A stretch of 53,449 nt of DNA from Candidatus Omnitrophota bacterium (GTDB taxonomy: Bacteria; Omnitrophota; Gorgyraeia; Zapsychrales; JBDRMG01). The notes below the pieces were generated by a model, which was not told the origin of the DNA, made no database searches, and saw nothing but the letters and a program-made list of their open reading frames with translations. Location: contig JBDRMG010000001.1 in assembly GCA_043812495.1 (NCBI GenBank), positions 1 to 53,449 on the forward strand, written 5' to 3'. The translations under genes and the position numbers were made by a program. How positions within the stretch are numbered: the stretch's first letter is position 1; each line of letters begins with the position of its first letter. Shown in pieces: positions 39,558 to 48,236 of this stretch.

Positions 39558-40364
39558 ATGAATTCACTGCTCAAAAATTTTGAAAAAGTCGGCCGTTATG
39601 TGACCATAAACATTTCTGTTTGCGTGGAGTTTTCCCGCCTAGCCTTTGATACTTTCTACTGGATTATCGTTGGTCCTTTCAAAGATAAGCCCATAGACCG
39701 CACGCGTTCTTTTGAACAAATGGTCTTCATGGGGATCAAATCTATCTTGATCGTCTTTTTTGTGACATTCTTTACAGGCGTTGTCTTGGCCATGCAATCG
39801 GCGTATCAGCTGGAGAAGTTCGGCGCGGTTATCTATGTGGCCAGTCTCGTGAGCGTATCGCTTTGCCGTGAACTCGGACCCGTCTTGACGGCCTTGGTTA
39901 TTGCGGGGCGTATCGGCGCGGCAATTACCGCCGAAATTGCTTCCATGAAGGTCAATGAACAAATCGAAGCCTTGGAGGCTATGGCCATTAATCCTGTGCG
40001 TTATCTTGTGGTGCCAAAATTTGTGGCCTTATTCTTTATGCTTCCCTGCCTGACGATTTTAGGCAATTTTTCGGGAATCCTCGGAGGCTATCTCGTCGGA
40101 ACACTCAGCTTAAGATTGAGCGGTCCTTTATTCATTCAAACGGCTTTGAAATATCTCACGCTCAAGGACATTTATACAGGATTATCCAAATCATTTGTTT
40201 TTGCGGCCGTGATTGCCTTAGTGGGCAGTTATCAAGGATTAAAGACAAGCGGCGGCGCTGTCGGTGTCGGACGATCGACGACATTAAGCGTTGTCGTGAG
40301 CTTCATTCTGATTATTTTGGTGGATTGCGTGTTAACAGGAATCTACTTCTTTTCTAATATGTAA
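39558..40364 (+). CDS. mlaE: MlaE/YrbE-family ABC permease
   Basis: RELGPVLTA..AGR.GA..AE..SM..EQI.AL..MA..P..YLV.P, GA.GVG..TT. Confidence 0.92.
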   Translation: MNSLLKNFEKVGRYVTINISVCVEFSRLAFDTFYWIIVGPFKDKPIDRTRSFEQMVFMGIKSILIVFFVTFFTGVVLAMQSAYQLEKFGAVIYVASLVSVSLCRELGPVLTALVIAGRIGAAITAEIASMKVNEQIEALEAMAINPVRYLVVPKFVALFFMLPCLTILGNFSGILGGYLVGTLSLRLSGPLFIQTALKYLTLKDIYTGLSKSFVFAAVIALVGSYQGLKTSGGAVGVGRSTTLSVVVSFILIILVDCVLTGIYFFSNM

Positions 40365-40368
40365 AAAG

Positions 40369-41181
40369 ATGTCATCCACTAATGATAAAAAAATTGCCAT
40401 TTCCGTAAGAAACCTGCACCGGTCCTTTGACGGCCGCAAGGTCCTCGACGGTGTTAATCTTGATGTTTATGCCGGAGAGACTTTTGTGATCATGGGCGGC
40501 TCGGGATGCGGAAAAAGTACGCTTCTTCGGCATATGATCGGGGCTTTGCAGCCGGATTCAGGCCAGGTTTTCTTTGGTGATAAAGAGCTCACGGCTTTGC
40601 CCGAAGAAGAAAAGGATAAAATCAAAAGACGTTTTGGCATGTCCTTCCAGTCTTCCGCGCTGTTGGATTCGCTCTCTGTCGCGGAAAATGTCGGCCTACC
40701 GCTCCATGAGCATACCAAATTAGACCCCAGCATTATCAACATCATCGTTAAAATGAAATTGGGCCTGGTGGGTTTACGCGGATTTGAACATCTCATGCCG
40801 AGCATGCTCTCAGGCGGGATGAAAAAGCGCGTCGGTTTGGCGCGCGCTATCGCCATGGACCCCGAAATTGTTTTTTATGATGAGCCCACGGCCGGCTTAG
40901 ATCCCGTTGTAGCGGCCGTGATCGATAAGCTTATTTTGGACTTAAGCAAGAAACTTCTCATTACATCCGTCGTTGTTACGCATGATATGAATAGCGTTTT
41001 TCGCATCGCGGATCATATCGCGATGCTTCATAAAGGGCAAGTGCTTCAGGTGGGGACGCGCGAAGAAATCAAGAATTCAACAAATCTGCTTGTCCAGCAG
41101 TTTATTAAAGGGGAAACAGAAGGCCCGATTACATTTACCGGGAAAGACGAAGTAAGTCTGGACGATTTAACAAGCAGTTAG
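40369..41181 (+). CDS. mlaF: MlaF/Mkl-family ABC ATPase
   Basis: GGSGCGKS, FQSSALLDS, LSGGMKKRV.LARA, YDEPTAGLDP, VTHD. Confidence 0.92.
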   Translation: MSSTNDKKIAISVRNLHRSFDGRKVLDGVNLDVYAGETFVIMGGSGCGKSTLLRHMIGALQPDSGQVFFGDKELTALPEEEKDKIKRRFGMSFQSSALLDSLSVAENVGLPLHEHTKLDPSIINIIVKMKLGLVGLRGFEHLMPSMLSGGMKKRVGLARAIAMDPEIVFYDEPTAGLDPVVAAVIDKLILDLSKKLLITSVVVTHDMNSVFRIADHIAMLHKGQVLQVGTREEIKNSTNLLVQQFIKGETEGPITFTGKDEVSLDDLTSS

Positions 41182-41218
41182 GTATTATTTTCTATTTTTA
41201 TTAAAAAAAGGAGTCGTT

Positions 41219-41935
41219 ATGAAATTATCCAATGAGATCAAGATCGGGATTTTTGTTGTGATGATCCTGGTTAGTCTTATGATTCTGACCATAAAAGTGG
41301 GAAATTTTAACATTGGTCAGGAGGGCTACAACATTAAAGTTGTTTTTCTTAATATTGATGGCGTGGAGACAAATGCGCCGGTTCGACTCAACGGCCTTGA
41401 GGTCGGCTTGGTCAAGGACATTAAGATTAAATATGACGATGAGATGACCAAAATGGAATTGATCCTTTGGCTCAATCAATCTGCGAAGATTCGCGAAGGG
41501 GCCAAGGCTTTTATAAAGAATATGGGCCTCATGGGTGAAAAATACGTAGGGCTAACATCCGGCGATAAGGGTGCGCCTTTCTTAAAAGAAAACTCTGTTA
41601 TTATCGGCCAGGAGCCAACGGATTTTGAAGCCTTGATCACTAAAGGCGATGAAATTGCCCAAAACCTCAAAGAGATCTCGGCCAATATCAACGAGCGCCT
41701 AAAGGTCAACAGCGCGGCCATTGATGAGATCGTTGCCAATGTGAATACCACTTCGAAAAATCTCGCCTCGATTTCAACGAATGTTGATGAGCGTTTAAAG
41801 GTCAACGAGAAAAATATTGATGAAATCTTGGCGCATTTAGCGATCACGGGCAAAAACTTAGAAGAGCTCAGCGTGGATCTTAAGCTGAATCCCTGGAAAC
41901 TTTTGCATAGGGAAAAAGCCAAGAAGACAAAATAG
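41219..41935 (+). CDS. mlaD: MlaD/MCE-domain protein with helical C-terminus
   Basis: E.K.G.F TM, F.NIDG..APVRLNG..VG.V, GLMGEKYV.L..G. Confidence 0.9.
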   Translation: MKLSNEIKIGIFVVMILVSLMILTIKVGNFNIGQEGYNIKVVFLNIDGVETNAPVRLNGLEVGLVKDIKIKYDDEMTKMELILWLNQSAKIREGAKAFIKNMGLMGEKYVGLTSGDKGAPFLKENSVIIGQEPTDFEALITKGDEIAQNLKEISANINERLKVNSAAIDEIVANVNTTSKNLASISTNVDERLKVNEKNIDEILAHLAITGKNLEELSVDLKLNPWKLLHREKAKKTK

Positions 41936-41979
41936 CCCGCGCAGCGAAAAATATTTTGGCATTCCCCCTGATAAATTAA

Positions 41980-43935
41980 ATGCCCTTGAAATTATCTTTC
42001 CTCAAATCTCGCCTCAAGCCAAAAATCATCCTACGAATTTTTTACGGACTGCTTGTTTGCGTTACGATTCTTTTATCCTACTTCAGAGTCTTTGATATTT
42101 TTGAAGATGTTTTGCTGGACTTCCGGTTCCGCTTGCGACCCCTCCAGCCTTTCTCAGATAAGATCGTCATTATCGAAGTTTCCGATGATAGCTTAAATCA
42201 ATTAGGGTATTGGCCTTTACCCAGAGATTTTCACGCCAGTTTGGTGGACGTGCTTTCTTATGCGGGGGCACGGCAGGTCTTTTTTGATTTTGTATTTGTC
42301 GAGAAAACAGAAAAAGACGAAATCTTGGCGGAATCCATCAAGAAGGCAGGAAATGTTTATCTGCCTTATGTTGTCCGTCTGAATGAGGTGAAAAAGGAAA
42401 ATGGTTTGTGGCGCTCGCTAGGCACCGTGGCGCCCATTGTTCCGACCTTAAGAGATGTTGTCAAAGGATCAGGTCATATCAATTCCATCAAGGATGCCGA
42501 CGGGAAGGTTCGAAAAACGCCCCTCATTATCGAGCAAGACGATGGATTGAGTTTCCACGCGGCTCTTCGGATGGCCTGCGATTATCTCCATATTCCGCTT
42601 AAAAATGTCACCTTACGCGGCAACTCGCTTCGAATTAATGATGAACTGAATCTCCCGGTGTCGCCCTCCGGAACGTTGTTGGTGAATTTTGTCGGTCCCT
42701 GGGAAAAATCATTCTGCCATTATTCTTACGTCCAGGTGTTGGATGCGTTTAGAAAAACCTTATTAGGGCAGGAATCAAAGCTGTCTTTGGATGAGTTTAA
42801 AGACGCGGTCTGTTTTGTCGGCATTACCGCCGTCGGAACGTCTGATTTAGATGCCGTTCCTCTTGAAAATAATTATCCGATGGTGGGGCTGCATGCCAAC
42901 GTTTTTAATAGCCTTATTACGGGCCGTCATATCTTTCGCGTAAGCCGTTTGATCAACATTTTCCTCTTGATTGCCCTTCTTTCAATCGTCTATTTTATCA
43001 ACATCAAGCGCAAGGACCATCCTGTTGTGGGCTTTGTTATGTTAATAGGAATAGGCTTTCTATTCTTCACTTTGGGATGCTTGCTGTTCGTCTTCGCCGG
43101 TGTCTGGATTAATTTGTTTTACCCGCTTTCCATGATGGTCCTCCTTTATATAGGAATGCGCATTTATACCTTTATGCAGGAAACCAGGGCCAGAGAACTT
43201 CTTGAAAAGGAACTTTCGATTGCCAAGCAGATCCAAGAAAGTTTTTTGCCCGAGCCTATGGAAAAATTCAAAAAATTAAAAATCGCCGCCCACATGATTA
43301 CGGCCAAACACGTAGGAGGCGATCTCTATGACATGCAGATTTTGGCGGATAATAAATTGGGTATTTTGATTGGTGATGTTTCCGGCAAGGGCGTGGCCGC
43401 GGCTCTCATTATGGCTAAAACAATGTCCCTTTTTCGCGTCCTAGCTTTCAAAGCGGAGTCGCCCGGACAATTGCTGTATGAGCTTAACGAAGCCATGGCC
43501 AAAGATATTAAACCGGGTATGTTTGTGACAGCGACATACATTATTTATTTGGCCGATCAAAAGAAAGCCTTGATTGCCTCGGCCGGTCATTCGGCTACCC
43601 ATATTTTCCGCAAGAAAGATTTAGTCATCGAAAATATTAAGCCGTCCGAAGGTATGCCCATTGGCATTATGCAGGGTGCGGAATTTTCACAAGAAGAGGT
43701 TACGCTCAATAGCGGTGACCGTATTGTCTTATGTACCGATGGCATTACCGAAGCCAAGAACCTCAAGCGCCAGGAATTTGAAGAAGAGAGGCTATGCAAG
43801 CTTGTTTTAGAGCATCCTGACCAGGAACCGCAAGAAACTATTTCCGCTATCGAGAAACAAGTTAAAGTTTTTGCAGGCAAAGCCCCCCAACATGACGACT
43901 GCACATTGATTATTCTTAAGCAAGAAGGGGCTTAA
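41980..43935 (+). CDS. CHASE2-domain membrane PP2C (RsbU/SpoIIE-type) phosphatase
   Basis: LG.WP..R, D.DG.VR, PMVG.HAN, 3 TM, EL..A..IQ..LP, VGGDLYD, GDVSGKG, TDGITEA, DDCT. Confidence 0.92.
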   Translation: MPLKLSFLKSRLKPKIILRIFYGLLVCVTILLSYFRVFDIFEDVLLDFRFRLRPLQPFSDKIVIIEVSDDSLNQLGYWPLPRDFHASLVDVLSYAGARQVFFDFVFVEKTEKDEILAESIKKAGNVYLPYVVRLNEVKKENGLWRSLGTVAPIVPTLRDVVKGSGHINSIKDADGKVRKTPLIIEQDDGLSFHAALRMACDYLHIPLKNVTLRGNSLRINDELNLPVSPSGTLLVNFVGPWEKSFCHYSYVQVLDAFRKTLLGQESKLSLDEFKDAVCFVGITAVGTSDLDAVPLENNYPMVGLHANVFNSLITGRHIFRVSRLINIFLLIALLSIVYFINIKRKDHPVVGFVMLIGIGFLFFTLGCLLFVFAGVWINLFYPLSMMVLLYIGMRIYTFMQETRARELLEKELSIAKQIQESFLPEPMEKFKKLKIAAHMITAKHVGGDLYDMQILADNKLGILIGDVSGKGVAAALIMAKTMSLFRVLAFKAESPGQLLYELNEAMAKDIKPGMFVTATYIIYLADQKKALIASAGHSATHIFRKKDLVIENIKPSEGMPIGIMQGAEFSQEEVTLNSGDRIVLCTDGITEAKNLKRQEFEEERLCKLVLEHPDQEPQETISAIEKQVKVFAGKAPQHDDCTLIILKQEGA

Positions 43936-43961
43936 TTTTTTGCAAAGAATATGAGAGCGTC

Positions 43962-44375
43962 ATGTCCGAAGAATTGATTGCCCGCTACAAGACTGTCCAC
44001 CAAGCGATCGTCAATAATCTGGATCAGGTTCAGGTTTTGAGTCGCTCCTATGCCCAGGCCAAGCCATGGATCAGAGCCCTGCGAGAAAGATTATTGGCCC
44101 ATTTAAGCAAGCAAGATGATGACTTCTTTGATGATTTACGTAAGGTCCATCAGTACGACCTGCATGCCCTCAAAATGATTGAATTTCTCTCCAAAGACGT
44201 ACGGAATACTAAGGTCAAATACCTTATATTCTTTGAAAAATACAGTGGGGAAATGGGAGATTTTGGATCAAAGGCTTTTCCAAAAGATTTAATGACCTTT
44301 TCCGATGATATCATCGGCCGCCTCAGAATTGAGGAAGAATACATGCTTCCCTTGTTTGCTCAGGTGCCAGACTAA
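43962..44375 (+). CDS. Hemerythrin-like four-helix protein with degenerate ligands
   Basis: VHQAI, AHLSKQD..F, RLRIEEE..LP. Confidence 0.55.
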   Translation: MSEELIARYKTVHQAIVNNLDQVQVLSRSYAQAKPWIRALRERLLAHLSKQDDDFFDDLRKVHQYDLHALKMIEFLSKDVRNTKVKYLIFFEKYSGEMGDFGSKAFPKDLMTFSDDIIGRLRIEEEYMLPLFAQVPD

Positions 44376-44587
44376 AATCCGAGAAAACGCTTTGACCCGG
44401 CCAATCGGCTTCCTAAAAAGAAATTCTATGGTGAATTTTCTTTAGAAATTATGGAATAATTACGTAAAAATATTGATTGCAATGAGTTATGGAGCATCAG
44501 AATTTTAAAAAAAATAACTCGCCAACTTGCCATTCCTCTAAATATCGTCTATACTTATTATTGTGACAATTAGTTTGTAATCGATTC

Positions 44588-44772
44588 ACTCGATTGATAA
44601 GGGCAAACCGCTTGTAAGAGCGGGGCCCCGGCTTCGCTGAACAACTTACGTGTTCAGCTTCGCCGGGTCCGCCGAAGCTAAAGGCGAAAGCACTTTAGCG
44701 GAGGCGGAGCAAAACTCAAGAGCCCAAACTCTTAAGAAAGCTTAAGAACGGGTAGTCAGTTGCCGATTGAGT
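44588..44772 (+). ncRNA. c-di-GMP-I (GEMM-I) riboswitch carrying an 82-nt double-hairpin insertion (44627-44708)
   Basis: P1 ACTCGATTG/CGATTGAGT; GGGCAAACC-GCTT-GTAA-GAGC-GG-GGC | GCAAAAC..GCCCAA..CGGGTAGTCAGTTGCCGA matches the GEMM-I consensus once the insert is removed. Confidence 0.75.
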
Positions 44773-44781
44773 TTTTGTTGC

Positions 44782-44813
44782 GCACATACTTATTAGTGAG
44801 TATGTGCTTTTTT
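44782..44813 (+). terminator. Rho-independent terminator (riboswitch expression platform)
   Basis: GCACATACT..AGTATGTGC followed by TTTTTT; second hairpin GCCTGCCC/GGGTAGGC + T8 at 44828-44862. Confidence 0.75.
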
Positions 44814-44872
44814 ATTGCAACAAATACGCCTGCCCTTGGGAAATTGGGTAGGCATTTTTTTTGGAGCTAAAA

Positions 44873-45619
44873 ATGAAATTAAGAATGACCCAAATAATGA
44901 TTTTGATGTGTGTTGTGGCTGCTCTATGGGCCTTGGCCCCAAGAAATGTGGCGGCGAACGAGATTCGCATTGCCATCATTGATTCCGGGGCCAAGGCCTA
45001 TGTCGATGAGGCCGTCAGTTTTACGACATTTTCCGCAGATAGTGATCCTTTGAATCACGGAACCCATGTGGCCAAGTTGATTAGGGAAGCCAATCCAGAC
45101 GCCACGATCTATATGCTGCAGGTTTGTGAACAAACCAGTGGGACTCTGAAACCGTCCCGACAAGCCATTTTGATGGCCATTGATTGGTCTATCGAGCACA
45201 ATATCGATATTGTCAACATGTCTTTGGTCACGAAGTATGACGAGAAAATCGAAAAAGCTATTATCGATGCCTCCACCAGCCACGGCATCATTTTTATAGC
45301 GGCCGCGGGCAATAAAACCCTGGCCAGCCATTTTTCAGCCGATAGCGACGGTTTTATTCATCGCGTCTCTAAACCGGTTGAACCCGGCTTTCCGGCTTCA
45401 AGTGAGCATGTTATTTCCGTTGGCTCCAAAGATGAATTTGGCCAAATTGCCAGTTATTCGGATGCAACATGCGATCTATATGCCGACGGAAAGATCTTAG
45501 GACAAGAAGGAACATCATTCTCTTCGGCCAGGATTACGGCGAGGGCTGCCAAAATCCTTTCTCAAATACCTCACGCCACTTCTGAAATTGTCCTTTCCTA
45601 CCTGTCAATGAGGCCATGA
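44873..45619 (+). CDS. Small secreted S8 (subtilisin-like) peptidase
   Basis: Signal peptide; IIDSG (Asp), HGTHV (His), AAAGN (oxyanion Asn), GTSFS (Ser). Confidence 0.85.
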   Translation: MKLRMTQIMILMCVVAALWALAPRNVAANEIRIAIIDSGAKAYVDEAVSFTTFSADSDPLNHGTHVAKLIREANPDATIYMLQVCEQTSGTLKPSRQAILMAIDWSIEHNIDIVNMSLVTKYDEKIEKAIIDASTSHGIIFIAAAGNKTLASHFSADSDGFIHRVSKPVEPGFPASSEHVISVGSKDEFGQIASYSDATCDLYADGKILGQEGTSFSSARITARAAKILSQIPHATSEIVLSYLSMRP

Positions 45620-45714
45620 CTTATGGATGCTCCCACAGAAAAGCGGAGTTAACATAAGTCATAAGGCCGAATTGACCCCGAGTTCGCCACAATGAATCAG
45701 CAGCGAACGAGGGG
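45608..45714 (+). repeat. Two-hairpin ATGA/GAATT element, copy 8, overlapping the S8 stop codon
   Basis: ATGA-GGCCATGACTTATGG..AACATAAGTCATAAGGCC-GAATTGA-CCCCGAGTTCGC..GCGAACGAGGGG. Confidence 0.8.
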
Positions 45715-45844
45715 ACCAAGAAAATTAAATGATAAAATTTCCTTAAATAAGGCCATTTTTCGCAAGATTTCCCTTCCTTCATGCAGCTTGACAAGAAAGC
45801 GCTTTCATTTTATACTTGTTCCACAAGAACAAAAGGAGAGAAAA

Positions 45845-46798
45845 ATGAATATGTCCAAAGCGTTTTCTGTTGTGATTATGATTCTTGCCGCACTGGTTTT
45901 TGTCTTACCGGTTTTTGCACAAGATGCCTCACCTAAAGTCTTATATGCCGAAGGTCTTGTGTCCGTCAATCTGGACGGAACCAAATGGGTGCCGGCCAAA
46001 ACGGGCATGGAGCTTCAAGAAGAGAGTGCTATCAAAACCGCTGATGAATCTTATTGTGATGTTTCTTTAGATGGAAGTCTTAAGAATATCATCAGCGTCG
46101 GACCCAATTCTGAAGTGTCTATGGGAAAATATTTAGAACGCATCAATGTTGTTAAAGGTCGTGTTTTTGCGAAACTCAAAGATTTAAAGGAAGGTCAATT
46201 TGAAGTCCAAACGCCAACCGCTATTGCCGGAGCGCGCGGAACGCAATGGCAGACCTCAACGGACGGAAAAACCGCAAAATTCGATGTCAAAGAAAATACG
46301 ATTTATGTCCAAGGTCTTGATAAGGAAGGAAATGTGATTTCCAAGACGGATGTTTCACAAGGAAATACCGTCTCGGTTGATGAAGAAGGATTCTTGGGTG
46401 CCCTGCGAGCCTTAACGCAACAAGAAGAAGATGAACTTGATCAATGGGCTGTGAAGCTTGAACAATCGCTTGGTAAAAGGGATTGCAATGACCTTCTTAA
46501 TACATATCAAGGTGCCTCGGGTAATCTCTACGAGCAGGTCCTTGGATGCCAGGCAGGCATAAGTCATGAATCGTTCGCTGCCGCCGGTGGCGGTCTGCCT
46601 TCGCCCGATGTTGGTTTTCCGGATCAAGGAATTACGGGTGGAGATATAACAACCACAACATTTGATGAACCGCCTGTTGAACCTCCGCCTATCATTGAAC
46701 CTCCGGAAGAACCACCTTATGAGCCTCCAGAAGAGCCACCTTACGAGCCTCCTCCGGAAGAAGAGCCACCGTGCAGCAATACCAATACGGGTTGCTGA
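45845..46798 (+). CDS. Secreted FecR-domain protein with Glu/Pro-rich C-terminal repeats
   Basis: Signal peptide VFA-Q, G.V..I.T..S.C, FEVQTPTAIAGARGT; (EPP) repeats; ATG at 45845 after AAGGAG. Confidence 0.8.
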   Translation: MNMSKAFSVVIMILAALVFVLPVFAQDASPKVLYAEGLVSVNLDGTKWVPAKTGMELQEESAIKTADESYCDVSLDGSLKNIISVGPNSEVSMGKYLERINVVKGRVFAKLKDLKEGQFEVQTPTAIAGARGTQWQTSTDGKTAKFDVKENTIYVQGLDKEGNVISKTDVSQGNTVSVDEEGFLGALRALTQQEEDELDQWAVKLEQSLGKRDCNDLLNTYQGASGNLYEQVLGCQAGISHESFAAAGGGLPSPDVGFPDQGITGGDITTTTFDEPPVEPPPIIEPPEEPPYEPPEEPPYEPPPEEEPPCSNTNTGC

Positions 46799-46855
46799 TA
46801 AGTAACTTCAGAATAAAAGATTTAAATAAAAAGATTTAAAAGCATTCATATCTTC

Positions 46856-46888
46856 AAGCCCTTGACATCTTTGATGTCAGGGGTTTTT
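46856..46888 (+). terminator. Rho-independent terminator
   Basis: AAGCCCTTGACATC-ttt-GATGTCAGGGGTTTTT. Confidence 0.8.
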
Positions 46889-46971
46889 GTTACCGTCCAA
46901 GCAGCACGAGGGCCATCCGGAAAACGTTAATGACAATCCAAGAATCCGAAACATTTGGATTAACGAAAGTA

Positions 46972-46999
46972 TTGACAAAAAAAGAAGTTATGATAATAT
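46972..46999 (+). promoter_or_regulatory. Putative sigma-70 promoter
   Basis: TTGACA-16 nt-TAATAT upstream of 47027. Confidence 0.5.
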
Positions 47000-47026
47000 A
47001 GGGCTAATAAATTCACCTTAGATTCT

Positions 47027-48235
47027 ATGAAAAGAACAATACTTCTAACGTTTATTTGTTCGACCTTTCTGGTTTTGACCTTCGCTCATCTGGGTTTTTC
47101 TTCCGAGCAAGCCCCTGTTAATCCCATCAAGAAATTCTTAAAAAACATCGAATACACCAGCCGCCTGCGTTTTGAATACGACAATAATATTTTCTTAACG
47201 GAAAATGATGAAGATGATGATATTAAGGAAATCTTCACGCAAACGCTGACCTATCGCTTGCCTAAAGAAAATTATTATTTTCAATTGGCCTATCGCGGCA
47301 ATTACGCTTATTATAACAAAGAATCAACGGGTATTTTAGGCCATGCGGCGAATGTCCTGTATTCTTATCGGCCGTTTAACGGATTTTCCATCGGTTTCCG
47401 AGACGATTATAGCTGGCTGTCCGATAGCACGATTGCCTCAACGATCGGTGACCGCGTGCTGTCTCTCGGTTATATTCAAAATACGCCCGCCCTTGAGGTT
47501 AAATATGAAATCGATCCCCGGTGGACAGTAACGACCGACGCCTATTATCAATTCTTAGATGTCAAGGACGGCAATAATGACGATTATATCGACAATAAAC
47601 GCATCGGCGCCAAAGGAACAGTTTTCTACAGCATCACTCCCAATCATGACCTTATCGGGTTCTTTGGTTATGACCATAATCAGATTACCTTTCCGCAAAT
47701 TACCGAAAAGGCGTCTCACTCCGGTCGCGGTTTTGTTGGCTTAAAGAAAAAATTGCCCAATTATTTTGATATTACAACCGAAGTCGGTTTCGAGAATATC
47801 TATATGGATGAAAGCGATGCCGATGACCAAAATATGGATATCCAAACGCAGATCGAAACAACGTTCTCTGTATTCACAAAAGTTCGCCTGGGCTTAGACT
47901 ATAATGTAATTAAACCTTCGCTGCGCAGCGAATATTCGCAGTTTGCCTCAACCATCAGCTCTATTAACCTGAGCCACGCGATTAATCCAAAAACATCTTT
48001 GAATCTTAATTATTCTTTTGAAAAGCAAAAATTTCAGTCATCCAACGTGCTTGTTGGGCAGGCCGATGAGGATCGCACGACCGATATCCACCGCACGCGA
48101 ATGACATTAAGCCGGAAATTGAATAGTTGGTTATCGGGAGATTTCAATTATAACTATACTCAACGCAATACGGATTTTGCGAATGAAAGCTATACCAACC
48201 ATACGTTTACCGTTGGGTTGATGGCAAAGTATTGA
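47027..48235 (+). CDS. Outer-membrane beta-barrel (BBP2/EpsL-like)
   Basis: Signal peptide, EYDNNIF motif, amphipathic strands, Y..R.T..SY.NH, terminal aromatic Y. Confidence 0.75.
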   Translation: MKRTILLTFICSTFLVLTFAHLGFSSEQAPVNPIKKFLKNIEYTSRLRFEYDNNIFLTENDEDDDIKEIFTQTLTYRLPKENYYFQLAYRGNYAYYNKESTGILGHAANVLYSYRPFNGFSIGFRDDYSWLSDSTIASTIGDRVLSLGYIQNTPALEVKYEIDPRWTVTTDAYYQFLDVKDGNNDDYIDNKRIGAKGTVFYSITPNHDLIGFFGYDHNQITFPQITEKASHSGRGFVGLKKKLPNYFDITTEVGFENIYMDESDADDQNMDIQTQIETTFSVFTKVRLGLDYNVIKPSLRSEYSQFASTISSINLSHAINPKTSLNLNYSFEKQKFQSSNVLVGQADEDRTTDIHRTRMTLSRKLNSWLSGDFNYNYTQRNTDFANESYTNHTFTVGLMAKY

Positions 48236-48236
48236 T

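Noticed and set aside
10968..45714. Two-hairpin element as a hammerhead ribozyme (resembles CUGAUGA-stem II-GAAA-stem III)
   Set aside because: C3/U4/G5 are mostly absent (TTA/TCA/TAA before ATGA), GAAA is GAAT, and there is no consistent stem I or NUH site. The resemblance is limited to the tandem GA motif.
45692..45844. Upstream extensions of track ORFs (45692, 21884, 23728, 25983, 38731)
   Set aside because: They run through repeats, intergenic DNA or neighbouring genes; downstream ATGs fit better with SDs, signal peptides or domain starts.
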